A stretch of DNA of 63,967 nt, the filler included, from Vicugna vicugna (Eukaryota): the NCBI GenBank assembly GCA_013265495.1. It is 80 parts of 79 records of this genome, joined end to end, with 100 filler letters (N's around TTAATTAATTAA, not from the genome) between each part and the next. Parts side by side here need not be neighbours in the genome. Positions count along the whole stretch, not along the records: positions 1 to 1,187 come from MU058757.1; positions 1,288 to 2,477 come from MU058759.1; positions 2,578 to 3,127 come from PNXW01005996.1; positions 3,228 to 4,051 come from MU058761.1; positions 4,152 to 4,719 come from PNXW01006002.1; positions 4,820 to 5,658 come from PNXW01006003.1; positions 5,759 to 6,579 come from PNXW01006004.1; positions 6,680 to 7,571 come from MU058762.1; 72 more parts are not named here. One strand, written 5' to 3'. A program made the position numbers and the translations under genes. Positions 1-12,582 of the stretch are shown here, piece by piece (position 1 is the first letter of the stretch; every line of letters starts with the position of its first letter). The notes under the pieces are model-generated. The model was not told the DNA's origin, did not search any database, and saw only the letters and a list, made by a program, of their open reading frames with translations.

Positions 1-1187
1 ATGCAGAATATTGAATAGAGATTATAGAATGTAGAACACAGAATTAAAACATGGAGTGCAGAATACAGAATTTGGAATATAATATACAGAATACTAAGTA
101 TAGAATTTAGAATATAGAATGTAGAACACAGAATTAAAACATGGAGTGCAGAATACAGAATTTGGAATATAATATACAGAATACTAAGTATAGAATTTAG
201 AATATAGAATGTAGAACACAGAATTAAAACATGGAGTGCAGAATACAGAATTTGGAATATAATATACAGAATACTAAGTATAGAATTTAGAATATAGAAA
301 GTAGAATATAGAATATGAAAAACAGAATACAAAACCAGGAATTGAGAACATGGTATGCAGAACACAGATTTAGAATATAGAAAAAAGAATACTGAATATA
401 GAATTTCCAATATAGAATGTAAAACACATAATATAGTATATAGAATAAAGAATACTAAATATAGAAATCAGAATATAGAATGTAGAACACAGAATATAGA
501 ATAGAGAATAGAGAATAGAGAACCCAGATTTTAGAATATGGAATGCAGAACACAGAATTTAGAATATAGAAAACAGAATACTGAATATAGAATTTAGAAT
601 ATACAATGTAGAACGCAGAATATAGAATAAAGACTTCGGANNNNNNNNNNNNNNNNNNNNNNNNNNNNNNNNNNNNNNNNNNNNNNNNNNNNNNNNNNNN
701 NNNNNNNNNNNNNNNNNNNNNNNNNNNNNNNNNNNNNNNNNNNNNNNNNNNNNNNNNNNNNNNNNNNNNNNNNNNNNNNNNNNNNNNNNNNNNNNNNNNN
801 NNNNNNNNNNNNNNNNNNNNNNNNNNNNNNNNNNNNNNNNNNNNNNNNNNNNNNNNNNNNNNNNNNNNNNNNNNNNNNNNNNNNNNNNNNNNNNNNNNNN
901 NNNNNNNNNNNNNNNNNNNNNNNNNNNNNNNNNNNNNNNNNNNNNNNNNNNNNNNNNNNNNNNNNNNNNNNNNNNNNNNNNNNNNNNNNNNNNNNNNNNN
1001 NNNNNNNNNNNNNNNNNNNNNNNNNNNNNNNNNNNNNNNNNNNNNNNNNNNNNNNNNNNNNNNNNNNNNNNNNNNNTATAGAAAACACTGAATATAGAAT
1101 TTCGAATATAGAATGTAGAACACAAAATTTAGTATATAGAATAAAACATACTGTAAATAGAATTTAGAATATTGAATGTAGAACACA
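1..1187 (+). repeat. SatF: AT-rich heptamer (AGAATAT-type) satellite
   Basis: 7-bp register AGAATAT/AGAATGT/AGAACAC/AGAATTT/GGAATGC; three near-exact 90-bp copies (GTAGAACACA at 31, 121, 211). Confidence 0.92.
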
Positions 1188-1287
1188 NNNNNNNNNNNNN
1201 NNNNNNNNNNNNNNNNNNNNNNNNNNNNNNNTTAATTAATTAANNNNNNNNNNNNNNNNNNNNNNNNNNNNNNNNNNNNNNNNNNNN
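1188..1287. other. Synthetic scaffold spacer N44-TTAATTAATTAA-N44 (first of ~79; other cores at 2522, 3172, 4096 ... 62383, 63394)
   Basis: Identical 100-bp palindromic-core linker with stop codons in all six frames, separating unrelated sequences. Confidence 0.98.
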
Positions 1288-2477
1288 CCTAGCATTTCCT
1301 GGCACAGAGACATGAGGAAAAAAATCAGGGGAGACGAGTACTGGCATTCCCATCGAACCCACGCGCTGCCGACCGTTGGTGGAACCTCCTTACGCTCAGG
1401 ATTCCGGAAACATTGTCATTGAGTGGGGGAGATAGAGAGACAACTCCATGAAGCTCTCTTCAGTCTCAGGTGTTTCCTGCTCGGGGAAGTCCGAGAAATA
1501 ACTTCCCTGAACTTTGGGGGCATCCTCGGTCACTGGGATTTCCTGCAACCCCCCTAGCATTTCCTGGCACAGAGACATGAGGAAAAAAATCAGGGGAGAC
1601 GAGTACTGGCATTCCCATCGAACCCACGCGCTGCCGACCGTTGGTCGAACCTCCTCACGCTCAGGATTCCGGAAACATTGTCATTGAGTGGGGGAGATAG
1701 AGAGACAACTCCATGAAGCTCTCTTCAGTCTCAGGTGTTTCCTGCTCGGGGAAGTCCGAGAAATAACTTCCCTGAACTTTGGGGGCATCCTCGGTCACTG
1801 GGATTCCCTGAAACCACCCCTAGCATTCCCTTGCACAGAGAAATGAGGAAAACCCTCAGGGGACACGAGCACAGGCATTCCCTTAGAACCCACGCGCTGC
1901 CGACCGTTGGTGGAACCTCCCCACGNNNNNNNNNNNNNNNNNNNNNNNNNNNNNNNNNNNNNNNNNNNNNNNNNNNNNNNNNNNNNNNNNNNNNNNNNNN
2001 NNNNNNNNNNNNNNNNNNNNNNNNNNNNNNNNNNNNNNNNNNNNNNNNNNNNNNNNNNNNNNNNNNNNNNNNNNNNNNNNNNNNNNNNNNNNNNNNNNNN
2101 NNNNNNNNNNNNNNNNNNNNNNNNNNNNNNNNNNNNNNNNNNNNNNNNNNNNNNNNNNNNNNNNNNNNNNNNNNNNNNNNNNNNNNNNNNNNNNNNNNNN
2201 NNNNNNNNNNNNNNNNNNNNNNNNNNNNNNNNNNNNNNNNNNNNNNNNNNNNNNNNNNNNNNNNNNNNNNNNNNNNNNNNNNNNNNNNNNNNNNNNNNNN
2301 NNNNNNNNNNNNNNNNNNNNNNNNNNNNNNNNNNNNNNNNNNNNNNNNNNNNNNNNNNNNNNNNNNNNNNNNNNNNNNNNNNNNNNNNNNNNNNNNNNNN
2401 NNNNNNNNNNNNNNNNNNNNNNNNNNAAGAACACACGCGCTGCCGACCTTTGGTGGAACCTGCCCACACTCAGGATT
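1288..2477 (+). repeat. SatA: GC-rich ~265-bp tandem satellite
   Basis: ATTCCGGAAACATTG at 1401 and 1666 (period 265); near-identical monomers. Confidence 0.93.
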
Positions 2478-2577
2478 NNNNNNNNNNNNNNNNNNNNNNN
2501 NNNNNNNNNNNNNNNNNNNNNTTAATTAATTAANNNNNNNNNNNNNNNNNNNNNNNNNNNNNNNNNNNNNNNNNNNN

Positions 2578-3127
2578 ATTCAGTATTCTTTATTCTATAT
2601 ACTAAATTCTGTGTTCTACATATTATATTCGTAATTCTATATTTAGTATTCTCTTTTCTATATTCTAAACACTGTTTTCTGCATTCCATGTTCTCAATTC
2701 TGGGTTTTGTATTCTGTTTTCCATATTCTATATTCTGTGTTCTACATTCAATATTCTGTATTCTATATTCTGCATTCCGAAGACTTTATTCTATATTCTG
2801 CGTTCTACATTGTATATTCTAAATTCTATATTCAGTATTCTAGTTTTATATACTCTAAATTCTGTGTTCTGCATTCCTTATTCTAAATTCTGGGTTCTCT
2901 ATTCTCTATTCTCTATTCTATATCTGTGTTCTACATTCTATATTCTGATTTCTATATTTAGTATTCTTTATTCTATATACTAAATTCTGTGTTCCACATT
3001 CTATATTCGAAATTCTTTATTCAGTATTTTGTTTTCTATATTCTAAATCTGTGTTCTGCATACCATGTCCTCAATTCCTGGTTTTTTTATTCTGTTTTTC
3101 ATATTCTATATTCTGTGTTCTACATTC
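2578..3127 (-). repeat. SatF heptamer satellite
   Basis: ATATTCT register; closely matches the reverse complement of ~340-640; internal ~378-bp period. Confidence 0.9.
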
Positions 3128-4151
3128 NNNNNNNNNNNNNNNNNNNNNNNNNNNNNNNNNNNNNNNNNNNNTTAATTAATTAANNNNNNNNNNNNNNNNN
3201 NNNNNNNNNNNNNNNNNNNNNNNNNNNCAGTGGGGGGCCTCCAGGCTTGCTCTGCTCCGAATGAGGGATGCCTGTGCCAGTCACATGCCAAGAGTCTTGT
3301 TCCCCACCCCATGGACTCTCTAGCTTCAGCCTGAGAGTGGGGCTCCCTTGTGTCCCATTCGCACCCCCTGTTCTCCTGTGTGTCACTCTGCCCCTGTGCC
3401 TACCCAGCCAGAGCAGCGAAGGATGCTGACAGGGGAGACAGGAGTACACTGGGACTTTCAGGGCCCTGGCACTTCTATCTTCCTGGGCCTCTGCATTCAC
3501 AAAATACTCTTAAAACTTGCAATATACAACTGCATTGATATAAACNNNNNNNNNNNNNNNNNNNNNNNNNNNNNNNNNNNNNNNNNNNNNNNNNNNNNNN
3601 NNNNNNNNNNNNNNNNNNNNNNNNNNNNNNNNNNNNNNNNNNNNNNNNNNNNNNNNNNNNNNNNNNNNNNNNNNNNNNNNTGATTTTAAAAAAAGTAAAA
3701 CTTTCTGTGCATCCCTAGATGTCTCAGGGGCTAGGAACGCTACCTAGTGTGCTGACCGATAAGTGGGTCCTGGCAGGTGACGATCCTGTAGGTGCCCAGA
3801 CAAGGCTGCAGACACTAAATGCCTTCTGCTGTCTTTTCCAGGATGACTTCACCTCGTGGTTCTCTTTCAGCTCCTAGTTTCAGCTGAAGTGGTCCATGGG
3901 AAATAGGAAGCTGACCCTGAGCAGAGGTCACCCTTGACCCAAATCCCTGCCTTCACAGCACCGTGCCTGCCATCGCAGGTCCCTGCAGAGGGCAGGGGGC
4001 AGGGGCTGAATCCTTCCCCTTGTCCCTGTGAGAGGGACAGGTGGTGGGTCANNNNNNNNNNNNNNNNNNNNNNNNNNNNNNNNNNNNNNNNNNNNTTAAT
4101 TAATTAANNNNNNNNNNNNNNNNNNNNNNNNNNNNNNNNNNNNNNNNNNNN

Positions 4152-4719
4152 CATTGGTATGATCCATAGAGCTTTTTGTGATTTTGCCGGTTTCCCATGC
4201 ACCCATGTATGTGTGCGTGCATGTATGCCTGCATGTATCTGTGCAGTTTTATTACATGTTGATTTGTGTAACCATCACTATAGTGAAGATACAGAATTGT
4301 TCCTCCTCTGCAAAATCTCTCACACTCTTTCCCTTTTCCTTTTCCTGACTCCTTGCAGACACGAATGTGTTTTCCATCTCTGTAATTCTTGTCATTTTTG
4401 ACAGTGTTAAATAGTATGTAATAGAGTATGTAACCTTTTGATATTGGCTTTTTATCACTCAGTAGAATTAATTCCCTTGATATCCATCCAATTGTTGATG
4501 TTGAGTGTAAGTTCACTTTACATTGTTGAGTAGTAGTATTCCGTGGTATGAAAGCACCAAAATTTGTTCCATACATTGAGGGACATTTGGGTTGTGTTGA
4601 AGTTTTAGCTATCACAAATCAAACTGTTACAAATATTCATGTGTATTAACTTTTGTGTGCGGATACATCTTCATTATCTTTGTGATAAGTGACCAGCATT
4701 GCATCTGCTGTGTTGTATA
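4152..4719 (-). mobile_element. Old LINE-1 3' fragment (L1M-type)
   Basis: Minus-strand translation IAKTSTQPKCPS resembles the L1 ORF2 C-terminus; followed by typical L1 3'UTR-like sequence. Confidence 0.7.
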
Positions 4720-5379
4720 NNNNNNNNNNNNNNNNNNNNNNNNNNNNNNNNNNNNNNNNNNNNTTAATTAATTAANNNNNNNNNNNNNNNNNNNNNNNNN
4801 NNNNNNNNNNNNNNNNNNNGCAGGGCATTTGAAATCCTTCCTTTCCCTCCAGTGTTGGTCACCAGTGGGAAGAACCTGGGATGCTCAGTTCCATGGCAGG
4901 AAAGCCCTGTGCATGAAGGGGCAGGTCCTCTCAAGGGAAGGCTCGCTGTGGCCCAGAGCTACATGGGACAGAGTGAGTCTCTAATTCTGGGACACAGTGT
5001 CATGACATGCATTTCTCACAGCCCTGAAGTTCATGGAGAATGTGGCTTCATCAGTAACAAAGAAGACATTTATCGCATGCCTACTGTTTTGTGTCATCTC
5101 TCAGTTGGCTGCTGGAGAGAACATGTGTATAAGTATTGGATCTCCTTAGGCCCCAACATATATGAAGTAACAAATAATTCTGTGGCTTAACGTTGGTTCA
5201 GGGTGACTGTGTAACAGTTCTTACTCTGCTGATGCTTAATTATGGTTATAGGAAATATGGAACCTCCTCAAATATCTTTCATCATAAAACCAGCTTTTCT
5301 TATTTTCCTGTTTCTTAGTAATTGCCAAAGACTCTCAAATGATGGCTTCACACAAAACAGCAGCTAAAGTTTTTGAGCC

Positions 5380-5525
5380 CTCTTGACATAACCACTGTGG
5401 TAAATACTATACATAATTTCTAATTCTCACAATTCTACAAAGTAGATACGAATGCCCCCATCTCACAGACGAGGGAAAATCTCAAAACGAACTGACTCAG
5501 GTTCACGTGGCTCAGTGGCACTCAG
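5380..5525 (-). mobile_element. MIR SINE fragment
   Basis: AATTCTCACAA...CCCATCTCACAGACGAGGGAAA...AGGTTCAC resembles the MIR core. Confidence 0.55.
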
Positions 5526-6289
5526 TGGCAGCGCGTGCACGCAAAACAAAGTCAAAAACTACACCCCTTTGTAAATGCACCAAATCTCCTACCACCAATT
5601 AACACACAGCGGAGGGGTCAATACTCAGGGAACTCAATACACTTTTCAGCTTTAACGTNNNNNNNNNNNNNNNNNNNNNNNNNNNNNNNNNNNNNNNNNN
5701 NNTTAATTAATTAANNNNNNNNNNNNNNNNNNNNNNNNNNNNNNNNNNNNNNNNNNNNAAAGCTATAATCTGGCCATGGGTAGGCAGCAGAGAGAGCTCA
5801 TCTATACAGCATCATTCATGACTCAGTTTCTGGTGTCAACACGTTACTTCGCCTAAAGAGCATTCAGCAATGTGTTCCACAGTTCAAAGCAGCTTACCTT
5901 CCTGGTTTGGGGATAGCTTTACAATAATAGTTACACGGTTACACTTCAGGATGCTCCATGCAAATTCAATGTTTCTCCTGTCAAAAGAATTTCCTAAGAT
6001 CACTTCCAGAGTATTGTGACCAAGTTAAGGCGATAAGATCAGATCCCTTCTGCTATTTTGGTTGTGGGTTTGGTGTAACAAACTAGTGAGACATGTACTA
6101 TTCATTGTTTCTGAGAACAGTTTAGAGCTTTAGCTTTTTAAACTTACCTAGTTATCAAAGGAATAAAGCCAACCACAATGTAAGGGTCAACAGAATGCAG
6201 TAATCCAGTCAGTCATAAAGGACAGTCAAGTGTGCTTACACATATTCAAGAAATCAATCATCTAGGTTATAAATAATATGTAGTTGATT

Positions 6290-6579
6290 TGTATCTTTTT
6301 TTTTAGATTCCACATATAAATGATATCATATGGCATTTTTCAACTTAGAATGATTATCTCCAGGTCCATCCATCTTGCTGTAAATGGCATTATTTTATTA
6401 TTTTCATGGCTGAGTAGTATTCCATTGTGTGTGTGTGTATGTGTGTATACACACACACATACACACACACACGCACAACCCCCACACCTTCTTTATCCAG
6501 CCATCTGTTGGTGGATATTTGGGCTGTTTCTACATCTTGGCTATTGTAAAGAGTGCTGCTGTGAACATTGGGGTGCAGG
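6290..6579 (-). mobile_element. LINE-1 ORF2 end/3'UTR fragment with TG/CA microsatellite
   Basis: TTAGATTCCACATATAA...GGTCCATCCAT...GGCTGAGTAGTATTCCATTGTG...GAACATTGGGGTGCA are classic antisense L1 3' motifs. Confidence 0.88.
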
Positions 6580-6679
6580 NNNNNNNNNNNNNNNNNNNNN
6601 NNNNNNNNNNNNNNNNNNNNNNNTTAATTAATTAANNNNNNNNNNNNNNNNNNNNNNNNNNNNNNNNNNNNNNNNNNNN

Positions 6680-7571
6680 CATGCAACGCTGATTGCTCAA
6701 ACATGAATTTCTGAGTTGTGAGCATGTGGATTACAGTCTTTCATACACCAAACAAGGCATATAAACACTTAGAAATATTTACTCATATTTCAAAGATTTT
6801 TTCTATCACCAGTTTCTAAAATCGGACATTTGGCACACGAAAAATCTCTTTGAGCTAATTCTAACCAATATAGATGTAAGTTAAATTTTTTGCATAACCG
6901 TGGCATTCCGTATTCGGAACGTGTTTCATGAATCATGGATTCCTCAAACATGCATTTCTGAGTTGTGAACATGCGCATGACTGATGTTTCAACCACCAAA
7001 CAAGTTACCTACGCACTTTGAAATATTTACTTTGACTTCAAACTTCTTCCTATCACCAGTTTCAAGAATCACAAATTGAGCCCAGTTAAAACTTCTTGTA
7101 GCGAATTCCACCCTAGAGATAAGTAATTTGTATCGATTCTATCAAAATAATATTCCGTGTTCTGTACATGCTACATGCTTGACGGATTCAACAAACATGC
7201 ATTCCTGAGTTGAGAGCATGTGCATTACTGATTTTTCATCCTCTATAAAAGGAATATTTTCATTAGAAACGTGTACACATTTTCACAANNNNNNNNNNNN
7301 NNNNNNNNNNNNNNNNNNNNNNNNNNNNNNNNNNNNNNNNNNNNNNNTTCTGGAGCGATTACCACCTAATAGATATGTAATTTACATGAATTCCATCAAC
7401 ATGGCATTCCAGGTTCCTAACATGCTACATGCATAACGGATTCAGCAAACATGCATTTCTGAGTTGTGAGCACGTGGATTACTGACCTTTCATCCAAAAA
7501 ACAATGCATATATACACTTAGAAATGTTTGCTCTGATTTCATACGTTTTTTTATCAACAGGTTCTAAAATC
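6680..7571 (-). repeat. SatC: AT-rich ~248-bp-monomer satellite
   Basis: CATGCATTTCTGAGTTGTGAGCATGTGGATTAC-like motif recurring at ~250-bp spacing; matches the reverse complement of 56472-57283. Confidence 0.9.
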
Positions 7572-8699
7572 NNNNNNNNNNNNNNNNNNNNNNNNNNNNN
7601 NNNNNNNNNNNNNNNTTAATTAATTAANNNNNNNNNNNNNNNNNNNNNNNNNNNNNNNNNNNNNNNNNNNNGAATGTCAGTGACCTCGTTCAAAAACATG
7701 GTACTGACACCTACCCGTCAGGTTATGTGTCATGAACAAAAATGTGGTAACAAACGTGAAAACACATTGTCAGCTGTAAAGGGTGCTATAGAAATGTAAG
7801 ACAGAATGATGACAGTGGCCACTAGTGACCTACTAAAATGTTGAGGACACTTTTTTAAGATCTGAAGGATGATAAAATGGGAAAGTTAGAGCGGGCACGG
7901 GATCTCTCATTTGGGGTATGTTGAGTGTCGGTAGGCTGTTATCGGACATCTCCGATAGGTATATAGTGCTTTGGTACTTGATGCCCTCTGGGGATTTTAG
8001 ATGTATTAGATGTCTTGACCTTAAGTAAATTCCTGTTCCTGAACACCTGCTATGCATCAGGCAGCTAGACACTGGATGTAGCAGCTGACGGGTTAGGCTG
8101 CAGTGGCAGGAACAGAAGAAAAAGTGAACAGGAACAGTTTTTCAGGGACAGTAAGTCCTTCATACGAGGAACGTGGAGAGAGTTAGGTTAGACAACAGTG
8201 GGGGACTTTGTAGTTAGGACGGGGGTGGAGTAAGGGTGGAATTTAGGTAGTCAGGCAAGAGCTGAGTGTGACCAAAGCTGCCAGGTGATGGACAGGAAGG
8301 AGCCAGTCACACGAAGGTCCAGGGGAGGGATGTTCTGGACAGAGAGAACAGCGGGTCCCATCTGCTCATCACCGCACTCCAGCATCTTGGAGTGGCCAGG
8401 AAGCAGCAAGTGGGTAACCATCCTTAGAATTACCTTTTATTATTGCTGTGTGTAGAAAAGAAAATGTGCATCATAAGGGCCTGGCACATGCAGATGGTCA
8501 ATTAACAGTGTTCTTATTCCTCCCATATTAAAGTAAAGCTTACGGTACNNNNNNNNNNNNNNNNNNNNNNNNNNNNNNNNNNNNNNNNNNNNTTAATTAA
8601 TTAANNNNNNNNNNNNNNNNNNNNNNNNNNNNNNNNNNNNNNNNNNNNCTTCTGTGATAATCCGGGGGTGGGCTGATACGAGCCTTGCATTAATGAGAA

Positions 8700-8805
8700 T
8701 AAAAGAGAAAGGGGCTGTGGAGGGGAAGGGAGTATATGGAAATCTCCATAATTTCCTCAGTGTTGCTGTGAACTTAAAGGGCTCTAAAAAACCAATAAGT
8801 CTTCA
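8700..8805 (+). mobile_element. Old L1 (L1MC/MD-like) 3' terminus
   Basis: GTATATGGAAATCTC...TGTGAACTTAAAGGGCTCTAAAAAACCAATAAGTC resembles old L1 3' ends. Confidence 0.55.
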
Positions 8806-8870
8806 AAATGTGAGAGGTAGTCTATAAACTTCAAAGGAAAACTTAAATTCTAGGTGACTTCGTTCACATA

Positions 8871-9084
8871 CAGCTGACCCTTGAACAACACGGGTTTGAG
8901 CTGTGTGAGTCCACTTACAGTCAGGTTTTATTCACTCCATGCATACCCCAGTACTGCCCACCTGGTTGGCTGAGCCCAAGTGTGCGGACCTGCAGGTACT
9001 GAGAACTGACTATAAATTAAATACAGATTTTGGACTGTGCAGAGGGCTTTACTCCTAAGCCCTGTGTTGTTCAAGGGACACCAG
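8871..9084 (+). mobile_element. Tigger2-type (TcMar-Tigger) MITE
   Basis: Terminal inverted repeats CAGCTGACCCTTGAACAACACGGG / CCTGTGTTGTTCAAGGGACACCAG, flanked by TA at 8869-70 and 9085-86. Confidence 0.88.
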
Positions 9085-9363
9085 TATGAGTAACATAAGA
9101 GAGGAAGTAGCCTGTAATTGTAATTGATGGGACAATGGATGGATATACTTAATAGAAGTGATTCGTTGTCTCAGATATTTTAATTTTCAATCTATCACGT
9201 ATCTTTTCTTCAAAGAATAAGAGACTCTGTCATCTGAGTATTACATCTCCTTGTTGACGGGGTNNNNNNNNNNNNNNNNNNNNNNNNNNNNNNNNNNNNN
9301 NNNNNNNTTAATTAATTAANNNNNNNNNNNNNNNNNNNNNNNNNNNNNNNNNNNNNNNNNNNN

Positions 9364-10466
9364 GAACAGGGAACCCACCTGTGACTGAAGAGAGCTGCGT
9401 GGAATAGTGTCTCGAGCTCCCCCACGCACTGAGAATGCCTCCGGAAACCTGAGCATGGGGAGGTTCCACCATCGGTCGGTAGCGAGTGTGTTCTAACGGA
9501 ATGCCTGAGCTCGCCTCCTATGAGGATTTCCCTAATGTCTATTTGCCCGGGAATGCTAGGGAGATTTGCAGGCAATCCCAGTGACAGAGGCTGCCTCCCC
9601 AAGGTCAGGAAAGTTATTGCTCGGATTTCCCCGAACAGGGAACCCACCTGTGACTGAAGAGAGCTGCGTGGAATAGTGTCTCGAGCTCCCCCACGCACTG
9701 AGAATGCCTCCGGAAACCTGAGCGTGGGGAGGTTCCACCAACGGTCGGCAGCGCGTGGGTTCTAACGGAATGCCTGAGCTCGCCTCCTATGAGGATTTCC
9801 CTAATGTCTATTTGCCCGGGAATGCTAGGGAGATTTGCAGGCAATCCCAGTGACAGAGGCTGCCTCCCCAAGGTCAGGAAAGTTATTGCTCGGATTTCCC
9901 CGAACAGGGAACCCACCTGTGACTGCAGAGAGCTGCGTGGTGTTGTCTCTCATGCTCCCCCACGCACTGAGAATGCTTCCGGAACCCTGAGCGTGGGGAG
10001 GTTCCAGCAACGGTCGGCAGCGCGTGGGTTCTAACGGAATGCCTAAGCTCGCCTCCTATGAGGANNNNNNNNNNNNNNNNNNNNNNNNNNNNNNNNNNNN
10101 NNNNNNNNNNNNNNNNNNNNNNNNNNNNNNNNNNNNNNNNNNNNNNNNNNNNNNNNNNNNNNNNNNNNNNNNNNNNNNNNNNNNNNNNNNNNNNNNNNNN
10201 NNNNNNNNNNNNNNNNNNNNNNNNNCCGGAATCCTGAGCGTGGGGAGGTTCCACCAACGGTCGGCAGCGCGTGGGTTCAATCGGACAGCCTAAGCTCGTC
10301 TCCCCTGAGGGTTTTCCTAATGTCTCTCTGACAGGGAATGCTAGGGGGGGGGGCTGGCAATCCCAGTTGCAGAGGCTGCCTCCATAAGGTCAGGGAAAAT
10401 ATTGCTCGGTCTTCCTCGAATAGGGAACCCATCTGTGAATGAAGAGAGCTGCGTGGAGTTGTCTCT
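9364..10466 (-). repeat. SatA, 269-bp subfamily
   Basis: GAACAGGGAACCCACC at 9364, 9633, 9902. Confidence 0.93.
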
Positions 10467-10566
10467 NNNNNNNNNNNNNNNNNNNNNNNNNNNNNNNNNN
10501 NNNNNNNNNNTTAATTAATTAANNNNNNNNNNNNNNNNNNNNNNNNNNNNNNNNNNNNNNNNNNNN

Positions 10567-11376
10567 ACCACCAGCACACGTGCGAAGAATTGTTCTCGAT
10601 TCCTGAGTGTGTTGAGGCTCAGCCAACTAACAGCAGCACCAGGGATCAAGTAGTATCCCTTAGCATGACTTCCTTGAGTGTTCTCCTAGGCCGGGCTTTG
10701 AGAGAAGGTGGGGTTTGGATTGTAAAGCCAAGTAATATCCAATGCCTCTCTATGGGCATTGAAGGTGTTTAAACTACATCATCTACCTAGGAATAACTGT
10801 GCCCCCATAAAGAAGCATGGACTCTGTTTCCCCACTTCCAACACACACACAAAGACGTGCTCAGGTATCCTGAGTGTGGGCCGGCACTTTCAAGTGAGTT
10901 CTAATAGTATCCTTTAGCTTGTAATACCTGAGTTGTACCCTAGGCCTGGCTCTGAGGGAAAGCTGGGGTTTGGGTTTTGAGACCAAATAATAGCGAGTGC
11001 CCCCCGATGGACTGAGGAAGTGTTTAGATGAATTCTCCCTAAAGTGTTACACATGTGCCCACATCCATCTACGTGGAGTGCGGATAATCAAATCCCTCCC
11101 CCCACAAGTCTGGCTACCGGAATATGAGAGTGGGAAAGTTCCTCCAGCTTACATCAGTGCCAGTGTTCTAGTAGAATCCTTAAGCTTCTGTTCCCTGATG
11201 GATTGCATTAGCTGGAGTGCGGTCCAAAATGGGATTTGTTCTCTAAATCCAAGTAATAATGAGTGCCTCTCCATGGGAATTGGAGGTGTTTAACCAACAA
11301 CCCCCAACAAGGGTATACCTTTGCCCATGGTATACGTTTGCCCCCTGGAATATGCGTGGACACTGTTTCTCCACCA
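10567..11376 (-). repeat. SatD: diverged ~266-bp-monomer satellite related to SatA
   Basis: TCCTGAGTGTG...CAACT...CAGCAGCAC motifs; reverse-complement similarity to 43352-44215. Confidence 0.8.
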
Positions 11377-11476
11377 NNNNNNNNNNNNNNNNNNNNNNNN
11401 NNNNNNNNNNNNNNNNNNNNTTAATTAATTAANNNNNNNNNNNNNNNNNNNNNNNNNNNNNNNNNNNNNNNNNNNN

Positions 11477-11947
11477 TTTAGAATATAGAATGTAGAACAT
11501 AAAATATGGAATGTAGAATACAGAATGCAGAATATTCAATACAGAATATAGAGTGTAGAAATCTGAATTTAGAATATAGAGTATTGAATACTGAATATAG
11601 AATTTAGAATATAGAATGTAGAACACATAATTTAGAATATAGAGTATTGAGTACTGAATATAGAATTTAGAATATAGAATGTAGAACACAGAATTTAGAA
11701 TATAGAATACAGAATACTTAATATAGGTTTTAGAATATACACAATGTAGAACACAGAATATAGAATATAGAATAAGGAATGCAAAATATAGATACAGAAG
11801 ATTGAATATAGAACACAGAATATAGAATATGGAAAACAGAACACAAACCCAGAATTTAGAACATGGAATGTAGAACACAGAATTTAGTATATAGAAAAGA
11901 GTATACTGAATATAGAATTTCAAATATAGAAAGTTGAACACAGAATT
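11477..11947 (+). repeat. SatF heptamer satellite
   Basis: AGAATAT register; 63-bp (9x7) duplication, AGAGTATTGA at 11578 and 11641. Confidence 0.9.
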
Positions 11948-12582
11948 NNNNNNNNNNNNNNNNNNNNNNNNNNNNNNNNNNNNNNNNNNNNTTAATTAAT
12001 TAANNNNNNNNNNNNNNNNNNNNNNNNNNNNNNNNNNNNNNNNNNNNTCCACTTCCTACCACCGGCAATTATGATAAGACTGAGTATAAGTTTTTACAAC
12101 ATATAGTGTAGAAATCATAATTTCTACTTGATTGAAACCGCTTCTTCTATAAAATTTGAATCTTTTTTCTTCAGACGGATTTGTGCCATTTGACCTAGTG
12201 ATAAAATTTTCAACTGGCTTTTAGTAAAAATATTCACCATAGTGNNNNNNNNNNNNNNNNNNNNNNNNNNNNNNNNNNNNNNNNNNAAACCCTTGTGCCT
12301 TGTCACTCTCTTTCATAATATTTCCTGTGGAAAATTCAATCCTTCATTCAGGAAAAGGCTGAGCAATATTTCTCATGGAAATCCGTCCTAAACTGCAACC
12401 CAAGAAAATGAAATTGACACTGAACAGCCATGAAGCCGGCAGACACATGCAGTGCACTATTGTGTTCCCGCCTCGAATTTCTNNNNNNNNNNNNNNNNNN
12501 NNNNNNNNNNNNNNNNNNNNNNNNNNTTAATTAATTAANNNNNNNNNNNNNNNNNNNNNNNNNNNNNNNNNNNNNNNNNNNN

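Noticed and set aside
455..1186. Hydrophobic FYILYS-repeat ORFs (also 11429, 31675, 33607, 55687) as membrane proteins
   Set aside because: Translations of the stop-poor strand of the heptamer satellite SatF, often extended through N runs.
1288..1925. Possible common origin of the 267-bp (A/D) and 249-bp (B/C) satellite groups
   Set aside because: Only short CTCAGGA/CTCAGAA-type matches; no colinear anchors found.
12048..12340. Minus-strand acceptor TTTTCCACAG followed by GNIMKESDKAQGF...MAQIRLKKKDSNFIEE, faintly like the LRRC37 C-terminus
   Set aside because: Similarity too weak to support by eye and interrupted by a gap; would need a BLASTx hit.
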